DNA of 63,924 nucleotides, filler included, from Saprolegnia diclina VS20 (Eukaryota): NCBI RefSeq assembly GCF_000281045.1. It is 13 parts of 4 records of this genome, joined end to end, with 100 filler letters (N's around TTAATTAATTAA, not from the genome) between each part and the next. Parts side by side here need not be neighbours in the genome. Positions count along the whole stretch, not along the records: positions 1 to 5,646 come from NW_008246134.1; positions 5,747 to 13,371 come from NW_008246134.1; 11 more parts are not named here. One strand, 5' to 3'. Shown piece by piece: positions 1 to 11,253 of this stretch (position 1 is its first letter; each line of letters starts with the position of its first letter). The notes under the pieces were generated by a model. It saw only the letters and a program-made list of their open reading frames with translations, ran no database searches and was not told where the DNA came from. The position numbers and the translations under genes were made by a program.

Positions 1-1
1 A

Positions 2-1081
2 TCCACGGTCTGCCGGGCTTCCAAGGGCGTATGTGACGTCGCCGAAACGTGTACGGGCTCCAGCGGTGCGTGCCCGGACGATACATTCGCGTGTGCGACC
101 ACCAAGTGCTCTGGCACGAGCACCGGCGGCGCGTGTGACATTCAAGACTACTGCGACGGCAAGGGCAGCTGCGTCGACAAGTACTCGTCGTCATCCACGG
201 TCTGCCGGCCCTCCAAGGGCCAATGTGATGTCCCCGAAACGTGTACGGGCTCCAGCGGTGCGTGCCCGGACAATGCGTTCGCGTCGACGGCCATGACGTG
301 CACGGGATCCTGCAACGGCAACCCATGCGACGGTGTCGACCACTGCGACGGGAATGGCAACTGTATCGACGTGTACCTCCCATCGTCGACCGTCTGCCGA
401 AAGGCGGCGAGCGGCTGCGATATTGCCGAGACCTGTACCGGCGAGTCGGGCCAATGCCCAATGGACAAGTTTGAGCCGACGACGACGAAGTGCTCAGGGA
501 CGTGCAACGACAACCCATGCGACGCTCAGGACTACTGTGACGGCAACGGCAGTTGTGTCGACAAGTATTTGCCGTCGGGTGCCGTTTGCGGTAACACCAA
601 GGCGGGTCCGTGTACGATCGCAGCGACGTGCACGGGCGACATGGGGTTCTGCCCGCCCGATGAATACGCCGACTCGTCGGTCACGTGCGCTGGCACGAGC
701 CAAGGTGGTGCCTGCGACGGCAAGGACACCTGCGACGGAGAAGGAAACTGCGTCGATCGCTTCTTGGGCGGCAAAGTTGTGTGCCAGAAGCCCACCGGCT
801 ACTCGCGTCCGATCTACTGCAACGGCAAGAGCGCAACGTGCCCCGTGTCGAGCTTTTTGGAAGGCAACCTGCGCGAGATGACGGCCGACGACCCGACGCC
901 GGTGCAGTCGATGCTCGTGGCCGTGGCGCCGTCGTCGCCCATGGTGCTCCTTGGCCTCGTCTGTGTCGTCGCTGCTGCCGTCGCCATGGTCACGATGCGC
1001 CAGCGCCGCGACGAGCTCGCGCTGGACGACGCCACGTACAAGCTCTTGGCGACGCACGAAGACGCATCGGCCGCCTTTTGA
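2..1081 (+). CDS. Disintegrin-like Cys-rich repeat membrane protein (5' partial)
   Basis: The frame of ORF 293..1081 is open from base 2. About 64-aa repeats carry CRxxxxxCDxxExC (CRASKGVCDVAETC, CRPSKGQCDVPETC, CRKAASGCDIAETC). C-terminal TM helix LLGLVCVVAAAVAMVTM is followed by RQRR. Confidence 0.85.
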   Translation, partial: STVCRASKGVCDVAETCTGSSGACPDDTFACATTKCSGTSTGGACDIQDYCDGKGSCVDKYSSSSTVCRPSKGQCDVPETCTGSSGACPDNAFASTAMTCTGSCNGNPCDGVDHCDGNGNCIDVYLPSSTVCRKAASGCDIAETCTGESGQCPMDKFEPTTTKCSGTCNDNPCDAQDYCDGNGSCVDKYLPSGAVCGNTKAGPCTIAATCTGDMGFCPPDEYADSSVTCAGTSQGGACDGKDTCDGEGNCVDRFLGGKVVCQKPTGYSRPIYCNGKSATCPVSSFLEGNLREMTADDPTPVQSMLVAVAPSSPMVLLGLVCVVAAAVAMVTMRQRRDELALDDATYKLLATHEDASAAF

Positions 1082-1523
1082 AGTCGCGGTGACGACCTTG
1101 CATACTGTACGACTACATGGTTAGCAACAATACAACTTGTACTTTTGGTTGCTAAAAAGAAGTGAAAAATCGCCTTGGAGTGCGTCAGGAGAGACGCGTG
1201 GAGGGCTTTCGACGGAATTCTCGCCGGCGCGCAACGCTACGCAGACAGTAACTGCCTCAACAACGGTTGGCACACACATGGGCAGTGACGTCTTGGTCCG
1301 GCAAAGACTAGTGACATTCAATTTGGTCGTGACCAGTGGGACCTCGCGATGATCAAGGTAGCATCCTCAAGTCGAGTTGCTTCCTTATAAAGAAATGAAC
1401 ACCTGGATCCTCCCTTGCGCCAGCATCCGCTACGTTCCCACTAGGGGTAGGTTTCGTGTCAATTGTATCAGACCCCAACGTTCTTCTCCGCGACGACGGC
1501 TTACTCAAGCAACAACAGGCAAC

Positions 1524-3243
1524 TCACCACAGGCCCATTTGCGAATTGTCGCTCATGCCGGGTCCAACACCGTCGACGAGGTGGCGGACGAGCTCTCGCC
1601 GCTCGTTCCGAACACGCACATGACGCGCGTAGAACGCTGCCAAGTGCGCGCGCATTGTCGCCGGAACACTGCCACCGACGCGAAACTTGTGCTCGTGGAT
1701 CGCAACAAACCGATTCCGGCTCGTCACCGACACTAGTCCACACGATCAGAAAACCAACACATTTGCGAACAAAGTTACCCGAGCACAAGGCGCCGCGGCC
1801 GTGTTCCGGCGAGGCCGAGAGCACGTCATCTCGGAACCCAGCGGCGATACCGTCACTGCAATAGAGGCTTTCGGAGCTCTTGAAGAAGAGACTGCCGTTG
1901 CTGCAAAAACCAAGCGCCTCGAGCGTCTTGACGCTTGCAAGCCGCGTCGCCATCGCAGCGGCAACGCCAGCGTAGAGCACCGCGTCTCCGAACCGAGCGA
2001 GCATTTTCCTGTCAGGTCCAAACGCGACCGTCGCATACGGCGGCAGGCGGCTTTGGAGAACCGCGGGGGCATCGGTGCTGCAGTACGCTTTTGCATATGT
2101 GCGATCCCGCGTCTCGGTGCTGAGGTACCACTCGCCCGACGGCCCAATCGCAGCGTGTGTGATGAGCCGGCCTTGGCGCTTGCACTCCATGAGCCGCTCG
2201 ACCAGCGTTGCCGGCAACGACCCGTGGAACTCTTGGTCAATGGACCCGTCGTCGAGGACGTTGTTCATGACGACGACGTGCCACCGCCCTTGCACGATCG
2301 CGACAGGAATTTGCCGCCCCGGTGGTCCCTCGGCGAGGCGCGGCGGGCTGGACCAGAGGCGGTCCTCTTCGTCGAAGGTTGCCCACCCGGTGATGCCGTC
2401 ATACGTCGCTTGCACCACGTACCCATCGGTGACGGGAAGGCTGCGTGACGCAGTGACGAGCGCACCGATCGGTAGCGTCACCAGCGGACGCTCGTTCGTG
2501 ATGCGCGCTTCCGCGTTAGGAAACAGAGACACCTCGTACGGTGCTCGAAAGAGGAGCTTCTCGGTACTAAGCGTCACCCGATGCAGCGACGCGGTGAGCA
2601 GCCACGTGTTGGATCCTTCGAGCCGGACGTAGCTGCGCTGCGTAATGGGGTCGACGACGTGGAGGTCCGTCGAGATCACGTCGCCTTCGTACACAGCGTC
2701 CTGTGTGTTGACAGCGTCATCACTGGTCGACGGGCGAAAGTACAGCCGCGTGTACTGGGTGGCCTCGTACAAATCTTGCTCGTGGCGCACGGGAACGCGG
2801 CGCACATTCGCAGTCTCGCGGAGGAAGAGGTGCTGCAGACGATCTTCGTTTGCAGCGGCGAGCTGCAAGAAGATGTTGCCCGTGTCGAGGTCTTCGACGC
2901 ACTGCGTGATGACAACAAGCTCGTTGGCGGCAAGGACGTGGCAAGTGGGCGCGAAGCGAGCGCCAAACGACGGTGGTGTAAAGAGCGACGTCGACGCGGC
3001 CACGTGATACACAAAGTAACCCATGCAAGGTTGGTGATATTGAGGCACGTCGGGTAGCTCAGGTGCGCTGAGTGAAGCTCTGTGAGATTGAGACTCGGTG
3101 ATTGCTCGCTTGAGCGCGTAGTTGGGCGTGAGGACGGTCGACGGCAGTAGGCAGTTTGTGATGGGGCTCGTGTCGTGGTCGCGCAGCCAGCGGGCGATGG
3201 CCGACCGCTCGTACGAGTGGCCGTCGGCCGTCATCACCGGGTC
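1524..3243 (-). CDS. U-box domain protein, family member 1 (start lies in N gap)
   Basis: U-box DPVMTADGHSYERSAIARWL...SPIT...PNYALKRAI. A GT-AG intron at 1778..1733 joins a last exon (VSVTSRNRFVAIHEH...FYARHVRVRNERRELV) whose sequence is also seen in paralog fragments at 13472 and ~17330. Confidence 0.85.
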
Positions 3244-4011
3244 NNNNNNNNNNNNNNNNNNNNNNNNNNNNNNNNNNNNNNNNNNNNNNNNNNNNNNNNN
3301 NNNNNNNNNNNNNNNNNNNNNNNNNNNNNNNNNNNNNNNNNNNNNNNNNNNNNNNNNNNNNNNNNNNNNNNNNNNNNNNNNNNNNNNNNNNNNNNNNNNN
3401 NNNNNNNNNNNNNNNNNNNNNNNNNNNNNNNNNNNNNNNNNNNNNNNNNNNNNNNNNNNNNNNNNNNNNNNNNNNNNNNNNNNNNNNNNNNNNNNNNNNN
3501 NNNNNNNNNNNNNNNNNNNNNNNNNNNNNNNNNNNNNNNNNNNNNNNNNNNNNNNNNNNNNNNNNNNNNNNNNNNNNNNNNNNNNNNNNNNNNNNNNNNN
3601 NNNNNNNNNNNNNNNNNNNNNNNNNNNNNNNNNNNNNNNNNNNNNNNNNNNNNNNNNNNNNNNNNNNNNNNNNNNNNNNNNNNNNNNNNNNNNNNNNNNN
3701 NNNNNNNNNNNNNNNNNNNNNNNNNNNNNNNNNNNNNNNNNNNNNNNNNNNNNNNNNNNNNNNNNNNNNNNNNNNNNNNNNNNNNNNNNNNNNNNNNNNN
3801 NNNNNNNNNNNNNNNNNNNNNNNNNNNNNNNNNNNNNNNNNNNNNNNNNNNNNNNNNNNNNNNNNNNNNNNNNNNNNNNNNNNNNNNNNNNNNNNNNNNN
3901 NNNNNNNNNNNNNNNNCTGCGAGTTGCTCCTTGTAATAGCTTGCTCATGGGCATGTACTTACGTAGTATTTGCGTACACTCCGAAATGCTCGTACGGATG
4001 AGCATGCCAAG

Positions 4012-5497
4012 CAGAGATCGGTCCAAAATAATGTTTGGAAATACTATTTCCATAATTTGTTCACCCCTAAGTATGGCAGGCCTCGTAAATATGGCCATTA
4101 TGGGGGCGAGCTTCGAAGGACGGGGCCATAGGTATGGCAAAACTGGTGCTTAGGGACAAAAATGGGTGACTTCAAATCCGCGTAAATTCGTCTTTAAATC
4201 GGTTTCTTTAAGACGAATAAAACGCAACATTTCTCCAGGACACGCTTACCGTCTTTAACAAGACGATCGACAACGTGGGTTTCATCGTCGGGGACAATTG
4301 CGCCACCAACAAAGCCGTTGCCGACCATCTCCACATCCCCCTGGTTGGCTGCGCATCCCACCGCCTGAACCTTGCTGTCCAAGCGTACCTCCAGCAGCAC
4401 GAGCACCTTATCCAGACGATCCACGTGCTCATGGTGCGCCTCAAGACAAACAAAAACCGCGGCTACCTGCGCCAGCATACGCACTTGGCACCGAAGGTCC
4501 AGAACGCCACGCGCTGGACTTCGACGTTTACAATGCTCGAGCGCTTCATGGCGATCAAGGACCACCTTCCGTTCCTACGCGACGTCGTCGACCTCATCCC
4601 GTCGCCGGGCGCCGTCGTTAAGGTCGAGCAACTCATCATCGCCTGCAATGAGTTTCATGGTTACACTCTCGCGCTTCAAAAAGACGACATCAACCTTCTT
4701 GAAGTGCGACAACTTTTCGACGAACTCATCAAACGCTACCCCGTGATGGCTCGGGAACTGGCTGCGAACGCTGCGATCGTCAAAAGCCCGGTTTTCGAAG
4801 CCGCTGTCGTCAAGGTCTTAGGAAAGAAGGAGTCTCTGATGACGGATGAAGAATGCGATGCCCTCGAAATGTTCAAGCTCCCGGTCAGCTGCAGTGCGCC
4901 GCAGCCCGTCGACACGACCCCTGTCGACCCAAGAATGCTAGCATTCCATGTGCTCAGCAACAAGCGCAAGAGATCCGAAGAATCCGCCGGATCCTCGTAC
5001 TCCAACCTCCAGTACATCATCCCCACGTCCAACGTCGTGGAGCGCCTGTTCTCCAAAGCTAAGCTCGTCTACTCTGATCGCAGACAGCGCATGCTTCCCA
5101 TCACGCTTGAGGCCATCATGTTCCTAGCCACGAACAGAAACTTCTGGGACGAGGCAATGGTCGAGGACGTGCTACGCAGCACGCCTATCCCGGATGTCAT
5201 CTCCAACACCGTCCAAACCGTCCTCCACGACTAGACCGATTACCCCTAGCAATACATCTGCATGACATAATACATCTACATCTTGCTTTTACTATAATAT
5301 GTGAATCTCCATGGGTTAAACTCCTGTGCCGCAACGTTTAAACTCAAAACCCCCGATTATGGCCATATATGCCATTTATGGGAGGCGATTCTCATTTCTA
5401 GGGCAATATGTATTGGATTTGAGACACGTAGGGTACATTTATATGCCACGTCCATGAATCCTGCCCATTTTTTTCCATACTATGGAACCGATCTCTG
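4012..5497 (+). mobile_element. hAT-superfamily DNA transposon, internally deleted (1486 bp)
   Basis: TIRs CAGAGATCGGT (4012) / ACCGATCTCTG (ends 5497). Perfect 8-bp TSD ATGCCAAG at 4004-4011 and 5498-5505. Contains a partial hAT transposase. Confidence 0.92.
4275..5234 (+). CDS. hAT transposase, C-terminal part only
   Basis: Motifs GDNCATN, GCASHRLNLAV (CxxH), NATRWTS, and dimerisation domain PTSNVVERLFSKAK. The N-terminal BED finger and first catalytic Asp region are absent. Confidence 0.85.
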   Translation: MGFIVGDNCATNKAVADHLHIPLVGCASHRLNLAVQAYLQQHEHLIQTIHVLMVRLKTNKNRGYLRQHTHLAPKVQNATRWTSTFTMLERFMAIKDHLPFLRDVVDLIPSPGAVVKVEQLIIACNEFHGYTLALQKDDINLLEVRQLFDELIKRYPVMARELAANAAIVKSPVFEAAVVKVLGKKESLMTDEECDALEMFKLPVSCSAPQPVDTTPVDPRMLAFHVLSNKRKRSEESAGSSYSNLQYIIPTSNVVERLFSKAKLVYSDRRQRMLPITLEAIMFLATNRNFWDEAMVEDVLRSTPIPDVISNTVQTVLHD

Positions 5498-5690
5498 ATG
5501 CCAAGAGCAGGTGCGGGGTCATGCGGTCGACGAGGTTGTCGGCGGCGTCTTTGGCCTAGACTCTTCGTCGGATCTTGAAAACCTCTGATAATCGATGTCG
5601 TCAGTATCCAAAGCGTCACTGCTGTCGCGAATTGAGTGCGATCGGCNNNNNNNNNNNNNNNNNNNNNNNNNNNNNNNNNNNNNNNNNNNN

Positions 5691-5702
5691 TTAATTAATT
5701 AA
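5691..5702. other. Artificial assembly spacer TTAATTAATTAA inside N runs (also 13416, 15488, 18722, 28181, 29624, 30943, 53419, 56221, 57872, 59288, 61041)
   Basis: Identical six-frame-stop 12-mer centred in ~100-nt N blocks. Confidence 0.97.
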
Positions 5703-6039
5703 NNNNNNNNNNNNNNNNNNNNNNNNNNNNNNNNNNNNNNNNNNNNCGGAAGGAAAATGCAGTCGACGGACAAGGAGGCTGTTGCCATCGTCCCATCTGA
5801 GCATTTCCTCAAGCGGTGTGACACACCGATGACCATCACTCATGAGTGAAGGTCATCTGTTTTATCCGGCAGTTATCCGGTACATATCCGGTCATAGGGG
5901 TCTGGGGGCTGGGCTGGGGTCTCGTACCCTAGGGGCAATCTACAAACAGGGATGTATGAGGGGCGGGGGGCGGCCATCATGGCGGGTCTACCCTAGGGTA
6001 AGCCTTGACCCCCTGGGTGACCAGGGGTCCTGCTGCATT

Positions 6040-6203
6040 GCTGATGTTGAAGTTGATCTTGCTTTTCGATCAACACTATTTCATTGCACCGATATAGTCT
6101 GAACCTGAATGGAGCTGGCCGACGCCCTCGCCCGACGGTACGACGACCATGCGCCAGCGTCGGCCCCGGTCGCCGAGCCTGACGTGCTAGCGAGTGTACT
6201 TGA
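6040..6203 (+). repeat. Truncated copy of METTL3 promoter/5' CDS (other copies 6759-6919 +, 9581-9748 -, 9766-9832 -)
   Basis: Near-identical tgatgttgaagttgatc...atggagctggccgacgccctcgccc...gctagcgagtgtacttg block; the 9766-9832 copy covers only the upstream part. Confidence 0.9.
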
Positions 6204-6305
6204 NNNNNNNNNNNNNNNNNNNNNNNNNNNNNNNNNNNNNNNNNNNNNNNNNNNNNNNNNNNNNNNNNNNNNNNNNNNNNNNNNNNNNNNNNNNNNNNNN
6301 NNNTC

Positions 6306-6479
6306 TTGGCGGTGGCCGCTGCCGAGAGCAACCCGCCGCCGACGCAAGCCGAACTGTCCAAGGACAAGGACATGAAGGACATGCAAGAGGACTACGAGTG
6401 GCATGGCGGGCACATGTGCCGCCGCCATTGCCACTGGCACCCTGGGTTTGGCATGCGCTGCTATTGGCGTTGCTGGTAG
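6306..6479 (+). CDS. Small secreted Cys/His/Trp-rich prepropeptide, copy 1 (5' end in gap)
   Basis: Translates LAVAAAESNPPPTQAELSKDKDMKDMQEDYEWHGGHMCRRHCHWHPGFGMRCYWRCW*. The paralog at 13244-13371 differs by a frame-preserving indel and a synonymous Pro codon. Confidence 0.72.
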   Translation: MAVAAAESNPPPTQAELSKDKDMKDMQEDYEWHGGHMCRRHCHWHPGFGMRCYWRCW

Positions 6480-6825
6480 ATGCGTCAACCAAATTTGAAC
6501 ACGCAACATTTTGGTCACACGTCCTTTGTGTCTTGACCAGTGACGGAAGTGGTGTTGAAGCGCTTTATGCTGCTCAAGTTGGACGTCATTAGTGGTCGCT
6601 CCAGGAAAGTTGGCGTACGCTCGGCGTCTTCGATCGATTCGCCGGCAGCCTCTTCTCGCTGTGGCATGCGATCAGCTGCAGCACCAACATCATGCTACGT
6701 CATGGGCGCGCGCAGCTCGACACAGCAGCTGCGCGCAGTACCGGTAGTGCTGTGCTGGTGATGTTGAAGTTGATCTCGCTTTTCTATCAACACTATTTCA
6801 ATGCACTGATATAGTCTGAGCCTCC

Positions 6826-8089
6826 ATGGAGCTGGCCGACGCCCTCGCCCGACGGTACGATGACCATGCGCCAGCGTCGGCCCCGGTCGCCGAGCCTGAC
6901 GTGCTAGCGAGTGTACTTGGCTTGATGCGAGCGCATCCCGAGCTGCTGCCCATCGACCTTGCGTCGCTCCATCGGCGGCTCGCCCTCCCTCTCGCGATGG
7001 CCGACCTCGAGCGCTCGCTCGCGCCCGCCGTGCGTACGTCCTGCCTCTATCGCTGGAAGGCGCTGATCCTGTCTCTAGAGAGCGGCGCCGTCATCTTGCA
7101 AGTGTTTGGGCACTGGACGTTCCTCACGCACGTCGAGCCGGCGTCACCAGCCGTCGCAGTGGCACCGCGCTGGCGAGGCTATTGTCCGGCCACAACGCGC
7201 GCTGCGTGTCGGCGCGCATCCGCCGGCGCCGCCTGCCACCTCGTGCACTTTGTGCCTATTATAACCCGGAGGACGAATGCGGCGCTCGGCGACTGCAAGT
7301 ACCTCGACACGTGTCGCCGTGTTGAGAGCTGCGCGTTTGTCCACTACCGGGTCGAGGACGATGGCGCACCGGTGCTCGCTGCGGCACCACCGACAACAGC
7401 AGTTGCCATTGCCTGTGACGTGACGACGTATGACGTGGCGCGCCTCGGGACGTTTGATGCGATCGTGATGGACCCGCCGTGGGAGATCAACCAACAGCTG
7501 AGCTACACCACCTTGTCGGACGATGCGATTGGTGGGCTGGCCATTCCAGCGCTGCAAACCACGGGGTACCGACGACGATGATGACAACCAAAGTGTCAGA
7601 TAGAAATCTGTGCCAGGTGGATCTTTCTCTGGGTCACGACCGGAAAGCTCGTGGTCGGCCGGCGGCTGCTGCGGCAATGGGGCTACGCTGTCGTCGAGGA
7701 CATTGTGTGGGTACGACGATGACGCGCCGTGTCATCTTGATGACGTTGCGTGTCGTTAGATCAAGATCGATCAGCTGCAGCATGTAGCCCACCAAGGTCG
7801 GACAGGCCATTGGCTCAACCACAGCCAGGAGCACTGCCTCGTGGGCCGGAAAGGGCTTGCACCGTCGGCCGCGCGTCTCGACTGCGACGTGATCGTGGCC
7901 GCCCCGCGTGAAAACAGCCGCAAGCCCGACGAGCTCTACCGCCTCGTCGAACGGTAGCCGCTTCCATGCCTCTTTCAAGCGCTGAGAAACCTCTGGTGTA
8001 GGGTGGTGCCAACTGGTAGGAAGCTCGAGATCTTTGGCCGCCGCCACAACCTTCGCGACGGCTGGACAACCATGGGCAACCAGTTATAG
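6826..8089 (+). CDS. METTL3: METTL3/IME4-like mRNA m6A methyltransferase (MT-A70), 4 exons
   Basis: Zn finger LGDCKYLDTCRRVESCAFVHY and catalytic DPPW. With introns 7566-7616, 7711-7759 and 7954-8001 removed it reads WIFLWVT...GRTGHWLNHSQEHCLVG...DCDVIVA...SRKPDELY...KLEIFGRRHN...WTTMGNQL*. Confidence 0.93.
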
Positions 8090-8118
8090 CACCATGTCTA
8101 GTTCTCGTTATACATGTC

Positions 8119-9400
8119 TCATGGCGTCGTCGGACCCTCCTCGGGCCAGTTGGCACCGACCGACGTTGGCAGGAAGGCCATCGAGTCGGGCAACGCCAAC
8201 AGCGAGAGTGCCCGGGCGCGCGGGTCGTAGCGCACTTCGTACGTCTTGTCGTCCGGCACCTTGTCATGAAGCCACGCAAACACGAGCTTGGCAAAGCTCA
8301 GGCACACGTTGGGTTGCTACGCGCGGTTCGTCTTCTCGATATATGCTGGGATGAGATCTGTACCCAGTACTTGGCGCCAAACGCCGGCAGCTGGGACGTG
8401 GCAAACGTCTGCTCCTTGACGAGCTTGCAGTCGGTGCTCCGGAACCCGCAGCGGATGCGCCCGACGCCGACAAGGTACGACTGGATCCAGAACGCGAGAC
8501 ACTTGAAGCGCTCAAACGAGAACCGGTCCTTGCTCGTCTGCAGCAGCTTGTACGTCTTGAGCTCCACATAGTCGCCACGGACGTCGACGCCGTCCAACTC
8601 GGCGCCAACGAGCAGCTGCGTCGACCCGAGCAGCATCGTAAAGAGGCCGCAGTACTCGCCGGGTGACCCGTGGCTCGCGATCGCCTCGTATTGGCGGCCG
8701 GCGTACGCGCCCTTGGCTTGCGCGGGATGCATGTCGCCGTTCGTATCGCGCTCGTGCTGGATGTTGAAGAAGAGCGTGCGCCCGCGCCGCTGCACGTGGA
8801 ACGCGTACGGGCTGTTGCTGTTGTACGGCGTCTACGTCATCAGGATGCTGACACTGTCGCCGCTGGAGGATTTGTATGACGCACGCCCAAGATCTTGTTG
8901 AGGTTGTTGCGAAACGTAACAATGTCGATCGCGGCCGGGAGGCGGGGCAGCGGCAGGTGCGCGTCGGCGTGGTGCGCGTGGCGGTTCGCCGGCAGCATGG
9001 CGTCGAGGATCGGCTGGAGCGACGGCGACGCATCCTCGTTCGTCTCGACATGGTGCTCAAAGCCATGGAGGAGGTTGGCGCCAATCTACGCAGAAGCAAT
9101 CGCAAGCAGCGTCGTCAGGAGGGCTTCTCGTACTTTGGCCGGCCGCAGCTCTTTCTAGGACAAGGATCATGAGACGCCGCATGTGATGGCACTATGAAGT
9201 CGGCACCAGGGACGCGCGGTCAAAGGTGAGGTGGCCGTCTGGATGCAAGCTGTACCCGCTCACTTGTTCGGGCTGCGCACAGCGTTAGCAGGTCCATGCG
9301 ACCGAGTTCGTCCTACCTTGGAGAGGCGGATCTTGTCGTGGGCGAGGAGCGCACTTGTCGATGGCACGTGCAAGACATGCAGGGCGCGCGGTCGCTGCAT
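8119..9400 (-). CDS. DXO: DXO/Rai1 (Dom3Z) decapping exoribonuclease, multi-exon
   Basis: Spliced motifs PEQVSGYS, IGANLLHGF, DIVTFRNNLNKILGTPY, GAELDG, YVELKT, FWIQSYLVGVGRIRCGFR. Includes a 21-nt micro-exon KELRPAK. Confidence 0.88.
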
Positions 9401-10705
9401 CTGTGGGCGGCGCCATGAGCCAGCGAAGTCGCCAGGATAGCGTACAATGGAGGCCAGTCGCCAAGCACGGAAATGGACAACAGGTGCGTAACGCGAAAAA
9501 CGCACCTATGTTTCCGAAAGCGGTGCTTTTCTTGATTTCAAACTTCAACTTCGTGCAGCCCCAACACCTCGTCCGTCCTTTCAAGTACACTCGCTAGCAC
9601 GTCAGGCTCGGCGACCGGGGCCAACGCTGGCGCATGGTCGGTCGCCGTACCGTTGGGCGAGGGCGTCGGCCAGCTCCATGGAGGCTCAGACTATATCGGT
9701 GCATTGAAATAGTGTGGATAGAAAAGCAAGATCAACTTCAACCTCAGCTACGACGGAGTGTGTTTGAGACTATATCGGTGCATTGAAATAGTGTTTCTGG
9801 TAAAACAAGATCAACTTCAACATCAGCAACGCAGCACTACTGGGCGCACACTCTGCAACGCTAGCGAAGAGAGCTCCAACGCGAGACTGTCAACGCCCGA
9901 GTTTCGCCGTGTACATTGACGACTCCCGGTCTGTCTCGTGTGCCAGACTAGCCGTAATTGTTGTAGCGTGCGCCAGACTTATGCACAGAGCAGGAACGGT
10001 GTTAGCCGGAACACTGGTGACAATTGCGGCTGGGCCGAGGCTGCTTATGGACACTAGGCTGCTCGTAGACCGCGTCCCAACGCAAGCTAGCAATCAAGTT
10101 GTTTCTGATCACGGGTGAGTCTTCCTTGTGACCGGTATAGCTGCTGCGCTCTTCCGTCTCGTAACAGCACTCTGTCAAGACACAAAGGACGTGCGACCAA
10201 AATGTTGCGTGTTCANNNNNNNNNNNNNNNNNNNNNNNNNNNNNNNNNNNNNNNNNNNNNNNNNNNNNNNNNNNNNNNNNNNNNNNNNNNNNNNNNNNNN
10301 NNNNNNNNNNNNNNNNNNNNNNNNNNNNNNNNNNNNNNNNNNNNNNNNNNNNNNNNNNNNNNNNNNNNNNNNNNNNNNNNNNNNNNNNNNNNNNNNNNNN
10401 NNNNNNNNNNNNNNNNNNNNNNNNNNNNNNNNNNNNNNNNNNNNNNNNNNNNNNNNNNNNNNNNNNNNNNNNNNNNNNNNNNNNNNNNNNNNNNNNNNNN
10501 NNNNNNNNNNNNNNNNNNNNNNNNNNNNNNNNNNNNNNNNNNNNNNNNNNNNNNNNNNNNNNNNNNNNNNNNNNNNNNNNNNNNNNNNNNNNNNNNNNNN
10601 NNNNNNNNNNNNNNNNNNNNNNNNNNNNNNNNNNNNNNNNNNNNNNNNNNNNNNNNNNNNNNNNNNNNNNNNNNNNNNNNNNNNNNNNNNNNNNNNNNNN
10701 NNNNN

Positions 10706-11253
10706 CTCTTGCGGCGCCGAGCAAACTGGAGATCCGAGATCGGGATCCGAAAATGCAAGTCGCCAATGTACGTGAGCAGCTGGACAAAGATCGACGCGCC
10801 GTCGGTGCAGCGCAGCAAGGCCCAGTCCTCGTAGCTGGCGCGGAGAAACTGCTCCGTGTCGAGCGCGAGAATGAGCTACGAATGCGTGAGATGCCAAAGA
10901 GACATCGCTTGGTTGAACGCGAGGCGAAGCGAGACGCGCCGTCGAGAGCGGTCCGACAAGGTGCACGTGACCGCAGCGTCGTAGTGCCCGTAGTTGGAGT
11001 TGCTCTGGATGCAGCGAGGCCGACGAGGAAGCTTGTATGAGATGCAGGACGCGTGCGAGGAATCCTGCTGGGTGCTGCCAAACTTTCTGCCGCAGCTTAT
11101 AGCACGACAGACGCACGCTTGTGCTAGCGGCTCCAGCCAGCGCGCTTCCGGTGCGAGCTCGCGCTCAAAAGCGTGCGCGAGTCCTCCATACTCAAACACA
11201 AAAACAATGGTGTCGCCTGTCAATGAAACCTCATCGCGCTCTCCAGTGGCCAT
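10706..11253 (-). CDS. Hypothetical protein, 3' end in gap
   Basis: ATG at 11253; a plausible intron precedes the coding-like exon LILALDTEQFLRASYEDWALLRCTDGASIFVQLL. No family recognised. Confidence 0.35.

Noticed and set aside
1501..4140. 879-aa ORF and other ORFs containing X runs
   Set aside because: They read through N gaps. The 5' part is hAT terminus and flank, and the true U-box 3' end is spliced.
6109..6375. Fusion of the METTL3 N-terminus to the peptide ORF across the gap
   Set aside because: The gap size is unknown, and the equivalent truncated copy at 9581 continues into unrelated sequence.
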